A stretch of 64,000 nucleotides of DNA from Planctomycetota bacterium (GTDB lineage Bacteria; Planctomycetota; UBA1135; UBA2386): positions 5,088,001 to 5,152,000 of the forward strand of contig JBKAGP010000001.1 of the NCBI GenBank assembly GCA_046290465.1, given 5' to 3'. The notes below the pieces were generated by a model that saw only the letters and a list, made by a program, of their open reading frames with translations, did not search any database and was not told the DNA's origin. Made by a program: the position numbers and the translations under genes. Each line of letters starts with the position of its first letter. Position 1 is the first letter of the stretch. Positions 17,724-26,386 of the stretch are shown piece after piece.

Positions 17724-18437
17724 ATGCGCAACATCCTGCTGGTCGGATGGCTCCTGCTCCCTGTCGGGGCGTGGGCCTATCACGAAGGGCCGGGCCAGGA
17801 TCGCGTCGCCCTCGAAGAGGCGGACGCGGTCATCCTGGCGGCCCACCAGGCGGCGAGCGACGGCGACTGGAAGGTCGCCATCGCCGAATACGAAGCCGCC
17901 CTCGAGAAGCTGCCGAAGGACCCCGATGCCTACGACAAGCGCATCGCGCAGCGTCTGCAGATCGAGCTCAACAAGGCTCGCATGAAGTCGGAGGGTCTGA
18001 TCGAGGCCCGCGACGAGCTGGCGACGCTGGTCGAGCAGATGCAGGGCGAGGAGGACAGCGACCCGTCGCTGCTCCGCGATGCCCGCCAGGCCCTGGCCCG
18101 CACGCAGTTCTACAAGACGTGGCTGATGCGGCTCGAAGGCCTCGACCGCAAGGTCTGGGAGCCGGAGATCGAGGCTGCTCGCCAGAACTGGCGCCTGCTG
18201 GCCGAGACGGCCGCGAGCGACACCGAGAAGACGCTGCACCAGGAAGACCTGGAAGCGGCCGTGCGCCTCGCCCGCCTGGAGATGGAGGACCTGCAGGGCC
18301 TGCCGCTCCCCGGCGAGTGAGCAGGTTGAAAGAGCGGTAACAAGGCCGGTCGGCCTCGTAAGAGCAAGAGCAAGTCGAAGGGTAAGCCGAGCAACGGCGC
18401 TGGTTCGGGTCCGAAGTTCGGACGCGGCGGATCCTAG
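17724..18437 (+). CDS. Putative selenoprotein: N-terminal anchor, TPR-like helices, C-terminal UxxU motif and basic tail (237 aa)
   Basis: ORF from ATG 17724 reaches TGA 18318-20, then GCA GGT, TGA 18327-29, then 35 open codons to TAG 18435-37. SECIS-like hairpin at 18343-18356. Without recoding the CDS ends at 18320. Confidence 0.72.
18343..18356 (+). promoter_or_regulatory. Candidate bacterial SECIS hairpin AGGCC-GGTC-GGCCT
   Basis: 5-bp stem with a GGUC loop starting 28 and 19 nt after the two TGAs. Same closing pair and loop as the hairpin at 26006-26023. Confidence 0.65.
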
Positions 18438-18483
18438 CCCCCAGATTCGTATCCCCTCGATCTCCTACCTGTTTCCACACACG

Positions 18484-18511
18484 AAAACGCGGCCCATTGG
18501 GCCGCGTTTTT
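18484..18511. terminator. Bidirectional rho-independent terminator
   Basis: AAAACGCGGCCC-ATT-GGGCCGCGTTTTT between convergent genes. Confidence 0.88.
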
Positions 18512-18563
18512 CGTTGTACGGCGCGTTCGCCGATCCGGTTGCGTCGCGCGGTCGCGCCGCCGG

Positions 18564-21500
18564 CTACCTTGCCGGCGGGTTGATCTCGCGGATCACCGCG
18601 CCACGCTGTTCGTCGAGCACCAGCACCGCGTAGCGGGTCGCGCCGCGGTTGGGGTCGTCGGACAGGCTGACGTAGTCGAAGCGGCCGCGCAGGTCGGTGT
18701 AGCCGTCCTTGTGGAAGCGCACGGTGCCGTTGGGCAGGCGCGCGAACACCTTCACGTAGGTGCGTGACAGCGGCTTGTCGGTCTTCGGCTCGCTGACCGC
18801 GACCTGGCCGTAGGACTCGAGGAAGCGCACGTCGAGCGCGTTGGCGAAGTACTGGCGCGAGCGCACCAGGCCGCCGGCGCGGACCTCGACCAGCACGTTC
18901 TTCTGCCAGAACTGCTGCGGCAGTTCGTAGGCGAGCTGGGTGCCGCCCTTGGGCAGCGAGCGGGTCTCGCGGAAGTTCGGCTTCACGAACGCGGCCGAGG
19001 CCCCGTCCGGGCCGGCGAACGGCTGCGCCGAGAACGCGAACTCGACGTCGAGTTCGTAGTAGCGCACCTCGACCTCGCTGAGGTTCTTGTAGCTGACGGC
19101 GACGTCGCGGCCCTCGACCGCCAGCTCCAGCGCCGGCGCGGTCGCCGCCAGCGTCGCCGGCGTCTGCTCCTCGGCCTGCGGGCGCGCCTTGCCCTCGGCC
19201 TCGTCGAGCTGCGTCAGCACTTCGCGGAAGCGCTTGCGCCAGTGCATCGCGACGTGGTCCTGGTGGGTGCTGGCGATGCGCCGCGCCTTCTGCGTGTCGC
19301 CGGTGAAGAAGCACAGGTAGGCCGACAGGTAGTCGTACCGGACCCGGGCCTCGATGCCGTTCGGGTCGATCTCCGCAAAGGCCTCGAGCGCTTCCTCGAC
19401 GCGGTCCTGCAGCAGGAAGTAGTAGGTGACCGCGAGCCAGTCCGCGCTGTCGAGTTTCGGCCGGTAGCCGAGCAGTTCCATCAGCGATGCGTACTGCTTG
19501 GCCAGGTCCTGGTTGCCGAACACGCGCTGGCTGCCGAGCTGGTGGGCGCGCTGGTGGACCAGCGGGCTCAGCTCCAGGTGCTGGAAGCGGGCGCGTTCCT
19601 TCGGATCGATGTTCGCCAGCGGCGACTCGAGCCACGTGCCGCACTGGTCGAGGAAGTCGTCGCGGTGGCGCAGGTAGTCGGACGTCGCCTGCGCGTCGCG
19701 GTGCAGCAGCGAGTACGACCACAGGGTCGGGTCGAACGCGTGGCGCTGCTGCAGCTTGGGCAGCACCGCCTGGTAGAACGCGCGGTCGCGCATGCGCCAG
19801 GCGATCTTGCTCAGGTCGAGGCGCTGCACGTTGTGGCCGTCGAGGAACTCGAGCACCTCCTGCGGCGAGCCCTGCTGCGAGACGTGCTCCCACGACGTCG
19901 TGTCGATGCGGCTCGGCTCGGCGACGACCTTCAGCGTGCGCGGCGTCGCGAACGCGGCCAGCTTGCCGTTCTCGGCGGCGTGCACCGGGTAGTGCGCGAA
20001 GCGGCCCTCGGACGGGAAGTAGAACGAGTACTCGATCGTCTGGGTCGCGTACGGCGCCAGCGCGACCTGGCGGCCGCGGGTCCAGAAGCCGTTCTGCAGC
20101 GGCACGGCGCCGGCCGGCACCTGCAGCAGCACCTCGGCCGTGCGCAGGCTCGACGTCGGGTTGGTGACCACGACCTGGCAGCCGTAGGCGACGTCGACCA
20201 GGAACTCGTCGGTCACGAACGCATCGCGGCGCTTGCCGTCGACGAATCGGTAGCGGTCGTCGAGGCGGAAGAAGTTCTGTCCGAGCAGCAGCGGCTCGGC
20301 TTCGTTCGCCTCCTCGGTCGGCGCGATCTCCTTGCGCACCAGCAGCAGCGGCGTGGCCGCCTTCATCGTGGTGCCGTAACCGTCGGCGGTGACCTCGTGC
20401 GCGCCGGCCTCGAACGGCAGGTCGAGCACCGCCAGCGCGAACATCATCTCGACGAAGCTGTTGCTGGCCTGCACCAGCGCCGGCGACACGAACGGCTGCC
20501 CCGGCCTGGCGGACGCGAAGTCGAGCCAGAACTGGTTGGCCTGGATGGCGTCGGTGGTCGGGTTGCTGATCTTGCGCTGCCAGTAGTTGTGCTCGACCAG
20601 CAGGCGGGTCTTCTCGACCGCGGTGTAGAGGCGACGCACGCTCTTGCGTTGCTGCATCTCGAGGCCGAGGTGGCGGACCGCGCCGCCCTCCATCTCCTCG
20701 AGCACCTCTTCCTTGCTGGCCTCGTTGCGCTCCTCGGCGACCCGCTTGCTGTCCTTGCTCTTCTTGGCCATCTCGGCGGCCTTCTCGGCGGGTGCCGGGC
20801 TGGACGGGCCGGTGGGGCCGCCGGTGGTCGGGCCGCCGGTGGTCGGGCCGGCGGTCGTCGGACCGGAGGGCCGGCCGGCGCTGAGGCGCGGCGTCTGGTT
20901 GGGTTCGCGGGCCGGCGCACCGTCCGCGTTGCGACGCATCTCGAGCAGCTGGCCGAACGACTTGTCGCGGCCCTCGGCGTCGAGCGCCTCGCTCAGCAGC
21001 GACAGGTCGAACAGCTGCGCCAGCTGTTCGGTCGTCATCGGGCGGATCTCGAGCGCCTCCTTCAGCATGCGCGCGACCGCCGCCGGCTCGTCGCCGCCGA
21101 TGCGCCGCGCGAGCAGGATCTTCTCGACCAGGTTGAGCCTGGCGAACCGCCACGGCTCGAGGTAGCTGCGCAGGTCACGTTCGAGCAGCCACTCGTCGAG
21201 GAACGTCTTGTCGAGCTTGTTGGCCAGGAACGGTCGCACCACCGTGCGGAAGAACTCGGGGTCCTTCTGGTGCAGGAAGAAGTGCAGTTCGTGGCAGGCG
21301 TGCTCGCCGTAGAGCTCGAGCTTGCGGTCGCGGGCCAGGCCCGGCCACTCGAGCACGAACGCGAACCGCTGCAGCGATGGATCATTGCGGATCGTCGTGA
21401 ACAGCTGGAACGCGCTGCGCAACGAGTCGTGCACCTCGACCTCGGCGGCGCTCTGGGCGTCGAGCGCCACCTCGGCGCCGGCGGCGACGAACTCGATCCG

Positions 21501-24500
21501 CCGCGTCTCGATGAAGTGCCGGTCGTTGGCGAGCGCCTTCGGCAGCACGCGCGAACGCGGCTCGAGGCGGGTCTCGGCGCGCGTCGTCGTGTCGTAGACG
21601 GCCTGCGCGCCGTCGAGCGCGATCACGTGCACGTGCTGGCCTTCGCCAAGCTGCGCCAGCGGGATCGTCACGACGCCGTCGTCGTCGGGCGTCAGGTTGC
21701 TCAGCAGGCGCGAGCCTTCGGGCAGGTAGTCGAGGTTGGCGCTGACGCCGGCGTTCGGGCCGCCCTGGCCCTGTGCCAGCGCACGACGGTCGACGCCGCC
21801 GCCGCGCCGGCCGCGCGTCCGCCCGCCGAACTTGCCACCGCTGCCTCCGCCGAGGCCGACCGCGGAGTTCCAGGAATCCTGGTCGAGCTCCATCGGGTTG
21901 AGCAGCAGGCTCGGGCGGTCGAGCATGTTGCCCGGGTACTTCTTGGCGAACCGGCGCTCGAGCACGTAGCGGTATTCGTCGCTGAGCTTGCGCCCGGCGT
22001 CGTAGCTGCTGGCCAGGCGGTCGAGCGGCATCACCGCCGGGCCGTCGCCGGCCATGCCGCGCAGGCCGTCGAACAGGTCGTAGGCCGGCAGGTAGCGGGT
22101 CGCGACGACGTGCACGCGGGTGCCTGCCGTGGTGTTGGCGAGCTGCACGCGCACCGCGTCGTCGGTGGTCTGCAGATCGACCACGTGCAGCGGGCGGGTC
22201 GGCGTCGCCGACAGTGCGCGGTCGCTGCCGATCAGGTAGCGGTCGTCGCGTTCGCCGCGGGTGATGCGCACGGTGACGCGCTGGTCGGTCGCGTGCAGGC
22301 GCAGCTGGTAGTCGCCGGGCGGCAGATCGCGCAGCTCGACGAAGCCGTCGGCGATCGCCAGGTGTTCGAACGCATCGCGGTTGTTGCCGAGCAGCGAGAA
22401 CTCGGCGCGCGTCGGCGCGGTCTCGTCGCCCTGGTAGGGGATCCGGATCGTGCCGCCGGTGGTGCCGTGCAGCTCGCCGGGCAGGCGCACGCGCGCGTCG
22501 GTCAGTTCGAAGGTGCCGCCGCTGCCGCCGTCCTTGGTGACCTGCACGCGGTAGATGCCGGGCAGGCGGCCGAGCGTGATGCGGCCGTTGTCGTCGGTCT
22601 GCAGCGCCACCTGCACCGCTTCGCGGTAGTCGCGGTGGAACAGGTTCATCCGGCAGACGCGGCCCCGCTGCGGTTCGCCGCTCTTGCCGCGCAGCTCGAC
22701 GGCGTAGCCGGCGGTGGTGCGGACCAGCATCGGGATGCCGGTCTCGGCGGTCTTGTCGATCTGGTTGAAGTGGAACGAGTAGCTGCCGCCGGCGAGCGTG
22801 ACGGGCTTGCCGTTCATGCCCTGCACGCGGCCCGTCAGGCGGACGTCGAGGCGCGCCATGCGCGGCGGCACGCGGAACGCGTGGGTCAGCTCGCGGCCGT
22901 TGCGCAGCTCGAGATCGCGCACCTCCTGGGTGGTCGACTTGCCGTCGAGGTCGGTCGCGACGATCGTCAGCAGCGGCTGCTCGAGCAGTTCGAGCGAGAC
23001 CGGGTGGCCGGCCAGGTGCAGCTGGGTGCGCAGCACCAGGTTGGCGGTGTTGCCGGCGATGATCGACTCGCGGTCGACGTGCACGCTGCCCTGCAGCTCG
23101 TACGACTCGCCGCGGTGCGCGAACGGCGCGAGCGACGAGCGGTTGCCCTGGCGCAGCACCAGCTGCTTGTTGCCGGGCGCGGTCGAGAACGGCACCAGGA
23201 TCTCGCCGCGGTCGTCGGCGCCGTACTCCCGGCCGCCGAACCACGCGGTGGCGTCGGGCAGGTGTCGGCCGGCCTCGTCGTAGACCCGCACGACCTGGCC
23301 GGCGGCCGACGTGCGCTCGACCATGCGCAGCTCGCCCTTGTGCACGACGGCGCGGCTCGAGATGCCGTTGCCGACGAAGTCGACCACGTAGGTGCCGGGG
23401 TTGCGCAGCATCGGCAGGTCGAACGTCCGGCGCACGCGGCGCATCGGCGCGTCGTCGTACTGGAACGTCTGCTCGAAGTTGGCGACCACGCCGTCGAGGT
23501 CGATGGTCGCGTCGACCGACTTCTGCCGTTCGACGTGGTAGCGGAAGGTGTCGATCTCGAAGACCTTCACCAGCAGCGCCTTGACGTTCTTGGTGTCGAG
23601 CTCGAGGCGGACCGCGTCGTCGGCGCCGTAGGTGCGCTTCATGGTCGGCGGGAAGCGCAGTTCGACGCGCTTCTCGAGCTGCTCGAGGCGGGCCGGGTCG
23701 TCGAGCAGCGAATACCACCGTTCGGCGTCGCCGACGCCGGCCAGCAGCTTGGTCTCGGCGAGCACGGTCTCGAGCCAGCGCTGGTCGAGGTAGTCGCTGT
23801 AGGCCGCGACGGCGTCCTCGCCGACGAAGAAGTGCTCGAGGCAGGCGCGGACCAGCGCGGTGTCGGAGCCGATCGGATCGAGCAGCGTCGGATAGCGGCG
23901 GCGCAGGTCGACGTGCTCGGCGCGCTGCTGGAAGCGTTCGAGGTGCGCCTTGCTGGCGTAGCCGGTGCGGCGCGGCAGGCGGATGTAGGCGAGGAACCGC
24001 TCCTTGTCGGGGGCGCCCTGCATCAGGTCGTGGCGCAGCCAGTGGTAGAGCACGTGCGCCTTGAGCGAGTTGAACGACGGGCTCAGGCTGCGCACGAACG
24101 TCCAGACGCGCTGCAGGTGCTGTTCGCGCAGCTCGGCGTCGTCGTACCACGCCGTGTCGGCGTCCGGCTGCATGCGCGTCAGGTAGGCGGCGACGAACTT
24201 GCCGTTCTGCAGCAGGTCGCGGCGGAGCTCCAGGCACTGGTCCAGCTGGCCGCGGCGCAGCAGGCCGTGGATCTTGAGCGAGCCGAAGCCGCGGCTCTCG
24301 CGTCGCGACAGGTCGCGCACGATCAGCGCCGGCAGGTTGGGGACGTCGGGGCGGTCGAGACGGCGCAGCAGGCTGTGCAGCTGCTTGTCGTCGAGGTCGG
24401 CCGCGCACAGGCGCGCCAGCGCCGCGTCGGTGAAGCCGTCGACCGTGCCGCGGTGCCGGTTGAGCGCGCGCTCCGTCATGGTGGTCGGCGACAGCAGCGC

Positions 24501-24920
24501 CGGGTCGAGGCGCGTCGAGAGGTCGCTGCGCGCGCCGGGCACGATGCGCTCGTGCTGGAAGCGCAGGCCGAGCCGCTGCCGCAGGAAGTCGTAGGTCCGT
24601 TCCTGGTCGTCGCCGTAGCTGAGCAGCGCCTCGCGGTTCTCGATCTCGATGACGCGGTTGGTCCGACCGTGCCGCTTGATCCAGGTCGGCAGCACCTTGC
24701 GGACCGTTTCGAAGTCGCGCGCGTCGAGGCGTTCACGGCAGTGGTAGTCGTACCAGTCGGCGGTGCCCGGGATCAGTTCGGCGACGACGGCCGCCCGGTC
24801 CTTGGCCAGCGCATACGTCTCCTCGAAGCCGACGGGGATGCCCTGGGCCGTCAGCGCCGCCGAGCAGGCGGCGAGGGTCAGCAGGGCTGTGAGCGGGCGT
24901 CGTGGTGCGAATCTGGACAT
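18564..24920 (-). CDS. Very large exported hypothetical protein (2118 aa)
   Basis: ATG at 24920 followed by a signal peptide (possible LAAC lipobox). Coding-type codon bias throughout. C-terminus YVKVFARLPNGTVRFHKDGYTDLRGRFDY. Beta-rich macroglobulin-like segments are an inference. Confidence 0.85.
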   Translation of the reverse strand: MSRFAPRRPLTALLTLAACSAALTAQGIPVGFEETYALAKDRAAVVAELIPGTADWYDYHCRERLDARDFETVRKVLPTWIKRHGRTNRVIEIENREALLSYGDDQERTYDFLRQRLGLRFQHERIVPGARSDLSTRLDPALLSPTTMTERALNRHRGTVDGFTDAALARLCAADLDDKQLHSLLRRLDRPDVPNLPALIVRDLSRRESRGFGSLKIHGLLRRGQLDQCLELRRDLLQNGKFVAAYLTRMQPDADTAWYDDAELREQHLQRVWTFVRSLSPSFNSLKAHVLYHWLRHDLMQGAPDKERFLAYIRLPRRTGYASKAHLERFQQRAEHVDLRRRYPTLLDPIGSDTALVRACLEHFFVGEDAVAAYSDYLDQRWLETVLAETKLLAGVGDAERWYSLLDDPARLEQLEKRVELRFPPTMKRTYGADDAVRLELDTKNVKALLVKVFEIDTFRYHVERQKSVDATIDLDGVVANFEQTFQYDDAPMRRVRRTFDLPMLRNPGTYVVDFVGNGISSRAVVHKGELRMVERTSAAGQVVRVYDEAGRHLPDATAWFGGREYGADDRGEILVPFSTAPGNKQLVLRQGNRSSLAPFAHRGESYELQGSVHVDRESIIAGNTANLVLRTQLHLAGHPVSLELLEQPLLTIVATDLDGKSTTQEVRDLELRNGRELTHAFRVPPRMARLDVRLTGRVQGMNGKPVTLAGGSYSFHFNQIDKTAETGIPMLVRTTAGYAVELRGKSGEPQRGRVCRMNLFHRDYREAVQVALQTDDNGRITLGRLPGIYRVQVTKDGGSGGTFELTDARVRLPGELHGTTGGTIRIPYQGDETAPTRAEFSLLGNNRDAFEHLAIADGFVELRDLPPGDYQLRLHATDQRVTVRITRGERDDRYLIGSDRALSATPTRPLHVVDLQTTDDAVRVQLANTTAGTRVHVVATRYLPAYDLFDGLRGMAGDGPAVMPLDRLASSYDAGRKLSDEYRYVLERRFAKKYPGNMLDRPSLLLNPMELDQDSWNSAVGLGGGSGGKFGGRTRGRRGGGVDRRALAQGQGGPNAGVSANLDYLPEGSRLLSNLTPDDDGVVTIPLAQLGEGQHVHVIALDGAQAVYDTTTRAETRLEPRSRVLPKALANDRHFIETRRIEFVAAGAEVALDAQSAAEVEVHDSLRSAFQLFTTIRNDPSLQRFAFVLEWPGLARDRKLELYGEHACHELHFFLHQKDPEFFRTVVRPFLANKLDKTFLDEWLLERDLRSYLEPWRFARLNLVEKILLARRIGGDEPAAVARMLKEALEIRPMTTEQLAQLFDLSLLSEALDAEGRDKSFGQLLEMRRNADGAPAREPNQTPRLSAGRPSGPTTAGPTTGGPTTGGPTGPSSPAPAEKAAEMAKKSKDSKRVAEERNEASKEEVLEEMEGGAVRHLGLEMQQRKSVRRLYTAVEKTRLLVEHNYWQRKISNPTTDAIQANQFWLDFASARPGQPFVSPALVQASNSFVEMMFALAVLDLPFEAGAHEVTADGYGTTMKAATPLLLVRKEIAPTEEANEAEPLLLGQNFFRLDDRYRFVDGKRRDAFVTDEFLVDVAYGCQVVVTNPTSSLRTAEVLLQVPAGAVPLQNGFWTRGRQVALAPYATQTIEYSFYFPSEGRFAHYPVHAAENGKLAAFATPRTLKVVAEPSRIDTTSWEHVSQQGSPQEVLEFLDGHNVQRLDLSKIAWRMRDRAFYQAVLPKLQQRHAFDPTLWSYSLLHRDAQATSDYLRHRDDFLDQCGTWLESPLANIDPKERARFQHLELSPLVHQRAHQLGSQRVFGNQDLAKQYASLMELLGYRPKLDSADWLAVTYYFLLQDRVEEALEAFAEIDPNGIEARVRYDYLSAYLCFFTGDTQKARRIASTHQDHVAMHWRKRFREVLTQLDEAEGKARPQAEEQTPATLAATAPALELAVEGRDVAVSYKNLSEVEVRYYELDVEFAFSAQPFAGPDGASAAFVKPNFRETRSLPKGGTQLAYELPQQFWQKNVLVEVRAGGLVRSRQYFANALDVRFLESYGQVAVSEPKTDKPLSRTYVKVFARLPNGTVRFHKDGYTDLRGRFDYVSLSDDPNRGATRYAVLVLDEQRGAVIREINPPAR

Positions 24921-25117
24921 GGGTCTGGTCGGGTAGCGGTCTTGCGTTGGCGACGGGCGCGCCGGAGTGCGGCTCGATGCCACCGTCGGGAATTGTCGGG
25001 GTCCGAGCCGCGGCAGCAATGCGTTCCCGGGCTGAGGGTTCCGGGAAAGTTCGCGGCCGGATTGGGCTCGCATCGGGGCGGGCTGGACTGGGGCCTTCCC
25101 CCAACCCGGAGAATCCC

Positions 25118-26326
25118 ATGCAGATCTGCACGACGAACATCGTCCTCGGGCTGCTGGCGGCCTCCCTCCTCGTCTCCCCGTCCCTGCTCGCGCAGGAAGG
25201 CTCGGCCGACGCCGGGTCGATGGCGGCGATCGAGAAGGAATACGACGCCGCGAGCAGCAAGTGGATGGAGTCCTACCGCGCCGCGTCCAAGGACGAGCGC
25301 ACCAGGCTGATGGCCGAACGGCCGACCCCCGAGAAGTGGATGCCGCGCGTGCGCGCGATCCTCGACGCCAGCGCGGCCAGCGAGAACGGCTGCGCCGCGG
25401 CGGTCTGGATCGTTCGCGTCGCGCGAGCCAGTGGCGACGACCTCGGCCACGCGCTCGACGTGATGGCGGCGCACCACCTGGACAGCGACCAGCTCGGCGA
25501 CCTGATGGCGTCGCTGTCGCGCAACCCGTCGCCGATGGTGGGGCGGTTCCTGGACAAGGCCGAGGCGGCCGCCAAGGGCGAGATGCTGGCCAAGACGTGC
25601 TTTGCGATGGCGTCGCACCTGAAGTCGGCGGCGTCGACGGCCAACACGCTGAAGGACGCGACCGCCGAGGACAAGGAGCGCTACGCCGGCTACTACGGCA
25701 AGGAAGCGGTCGACGTGCTGTCGGTCGCCGACGCGGCTGCGCTCGAAGAGCGGGCGGCCAGCTACTTCGAGCGGATCCTCGCGGACGAGGGGATGAGCGC
25801 GGTCCCGCACTACCGCGAGACCTTGGGGGTGGCGGCGAAGAACAACCTGTTCGAGCTGCGCAACCTGTCGATCGGCAAGGTGGCGCCGGACATCGTCGGC
25901 GAGGACATCGACGGCACGCCGATGAAGCTGAGCGACTACCGCGGCAAGGTCGTGGTGCTCGACTTCTGGGGCGACTGGTGAGGCCCGTGCCGGGCCATGT
26001 ACCCACACGAGCGGTCGCTCGTGAAGCGTCTCAACGACAAGCCGTTCGCCCTGATCGGCGTCAACTCCGATCGTGACCGCGAGAAGCTCAAGCAGGTCAT
26101 CAAGGACAAGGGGCTGACCTGGCGTTCGTTCTGGAACGGCGGCAGCACCCAGGGGCCGATCTCGACCCGCTGGAACGTGCGCGGCTGGCCGACGATCTAC
26201 GTGCTCGACGAGCACGGCGTCATCCGCTTCAAGAACGTTCGCGGTGAGGCGATGGACAAGGCCGTCGACTCCCTGCTCGCCAAGCTGGAGAAGTCCGCGG
26301 GCGGCGATCAGGGCGGCGAGCGCTGA
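25118..26326 (+). CDS. Exported TlpA/ResA-family thiol-disulfide oxidoreductase, selenoprotein (UxxC), 402 aa
   Basis: RBS GGAGA and signal peptide. GKVAPDIVGEDIDGTPMKLSDYRGKVVVLDFWGDW-TGA-GPC continues in frame to RAMYPHE..GVNSD..WNVRGWPTIYVLDEHGVIR. TGA 25979-81 occupies the first Cys position of CxxC. Confidence 0.92.
26006..26023 (+). promoter_or_regulatory. Candidate bacterial SECIS hairpin CACGAGC-GGTC-GCTCGTG
   Basis: Perfect 7-bp stem with a G-initiated loop starting 32 nt after the TGA. A second hairpin, GGCCCG-TGC-CGGGCC, lies at 25982-25996. Confidence 0.75.
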
Positions 26327-26340
26327 GCCGGGCTGGCCGT

Positions 26341-26384
26341 CGCAGGTCTGGTTCGTGAGGCCTCGTCCCGGAACCAGACCTGCG
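26341..26384. terminator. Intergenic stem-loop between convergent genes
   Basis: 14-bp perfect inverted repeat CGCAGGTCTGGTTC / GAACCAGACCTGCG with a 16-nt loop and no U-tract. Confidence 0.6.
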
Positions 26385-26386
26385 GA

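Noticed and set aside
19242..25310. Very long antisense ORFs (also 7628-10969, 28758-32780, 48065-52135, 56746-60339)
   Set aside because: They are shadows of real genes on the opposite strand, caused by stop-codon scarcity in high-GC DNA, and show no recognisable motifs.
25997..26326. Independent 109-aa thioredoxin-like gene
   Set aside because: It lacks an active site and an obvious RBS. It is the in-frame continuation of the upstream ORF across the TGA.
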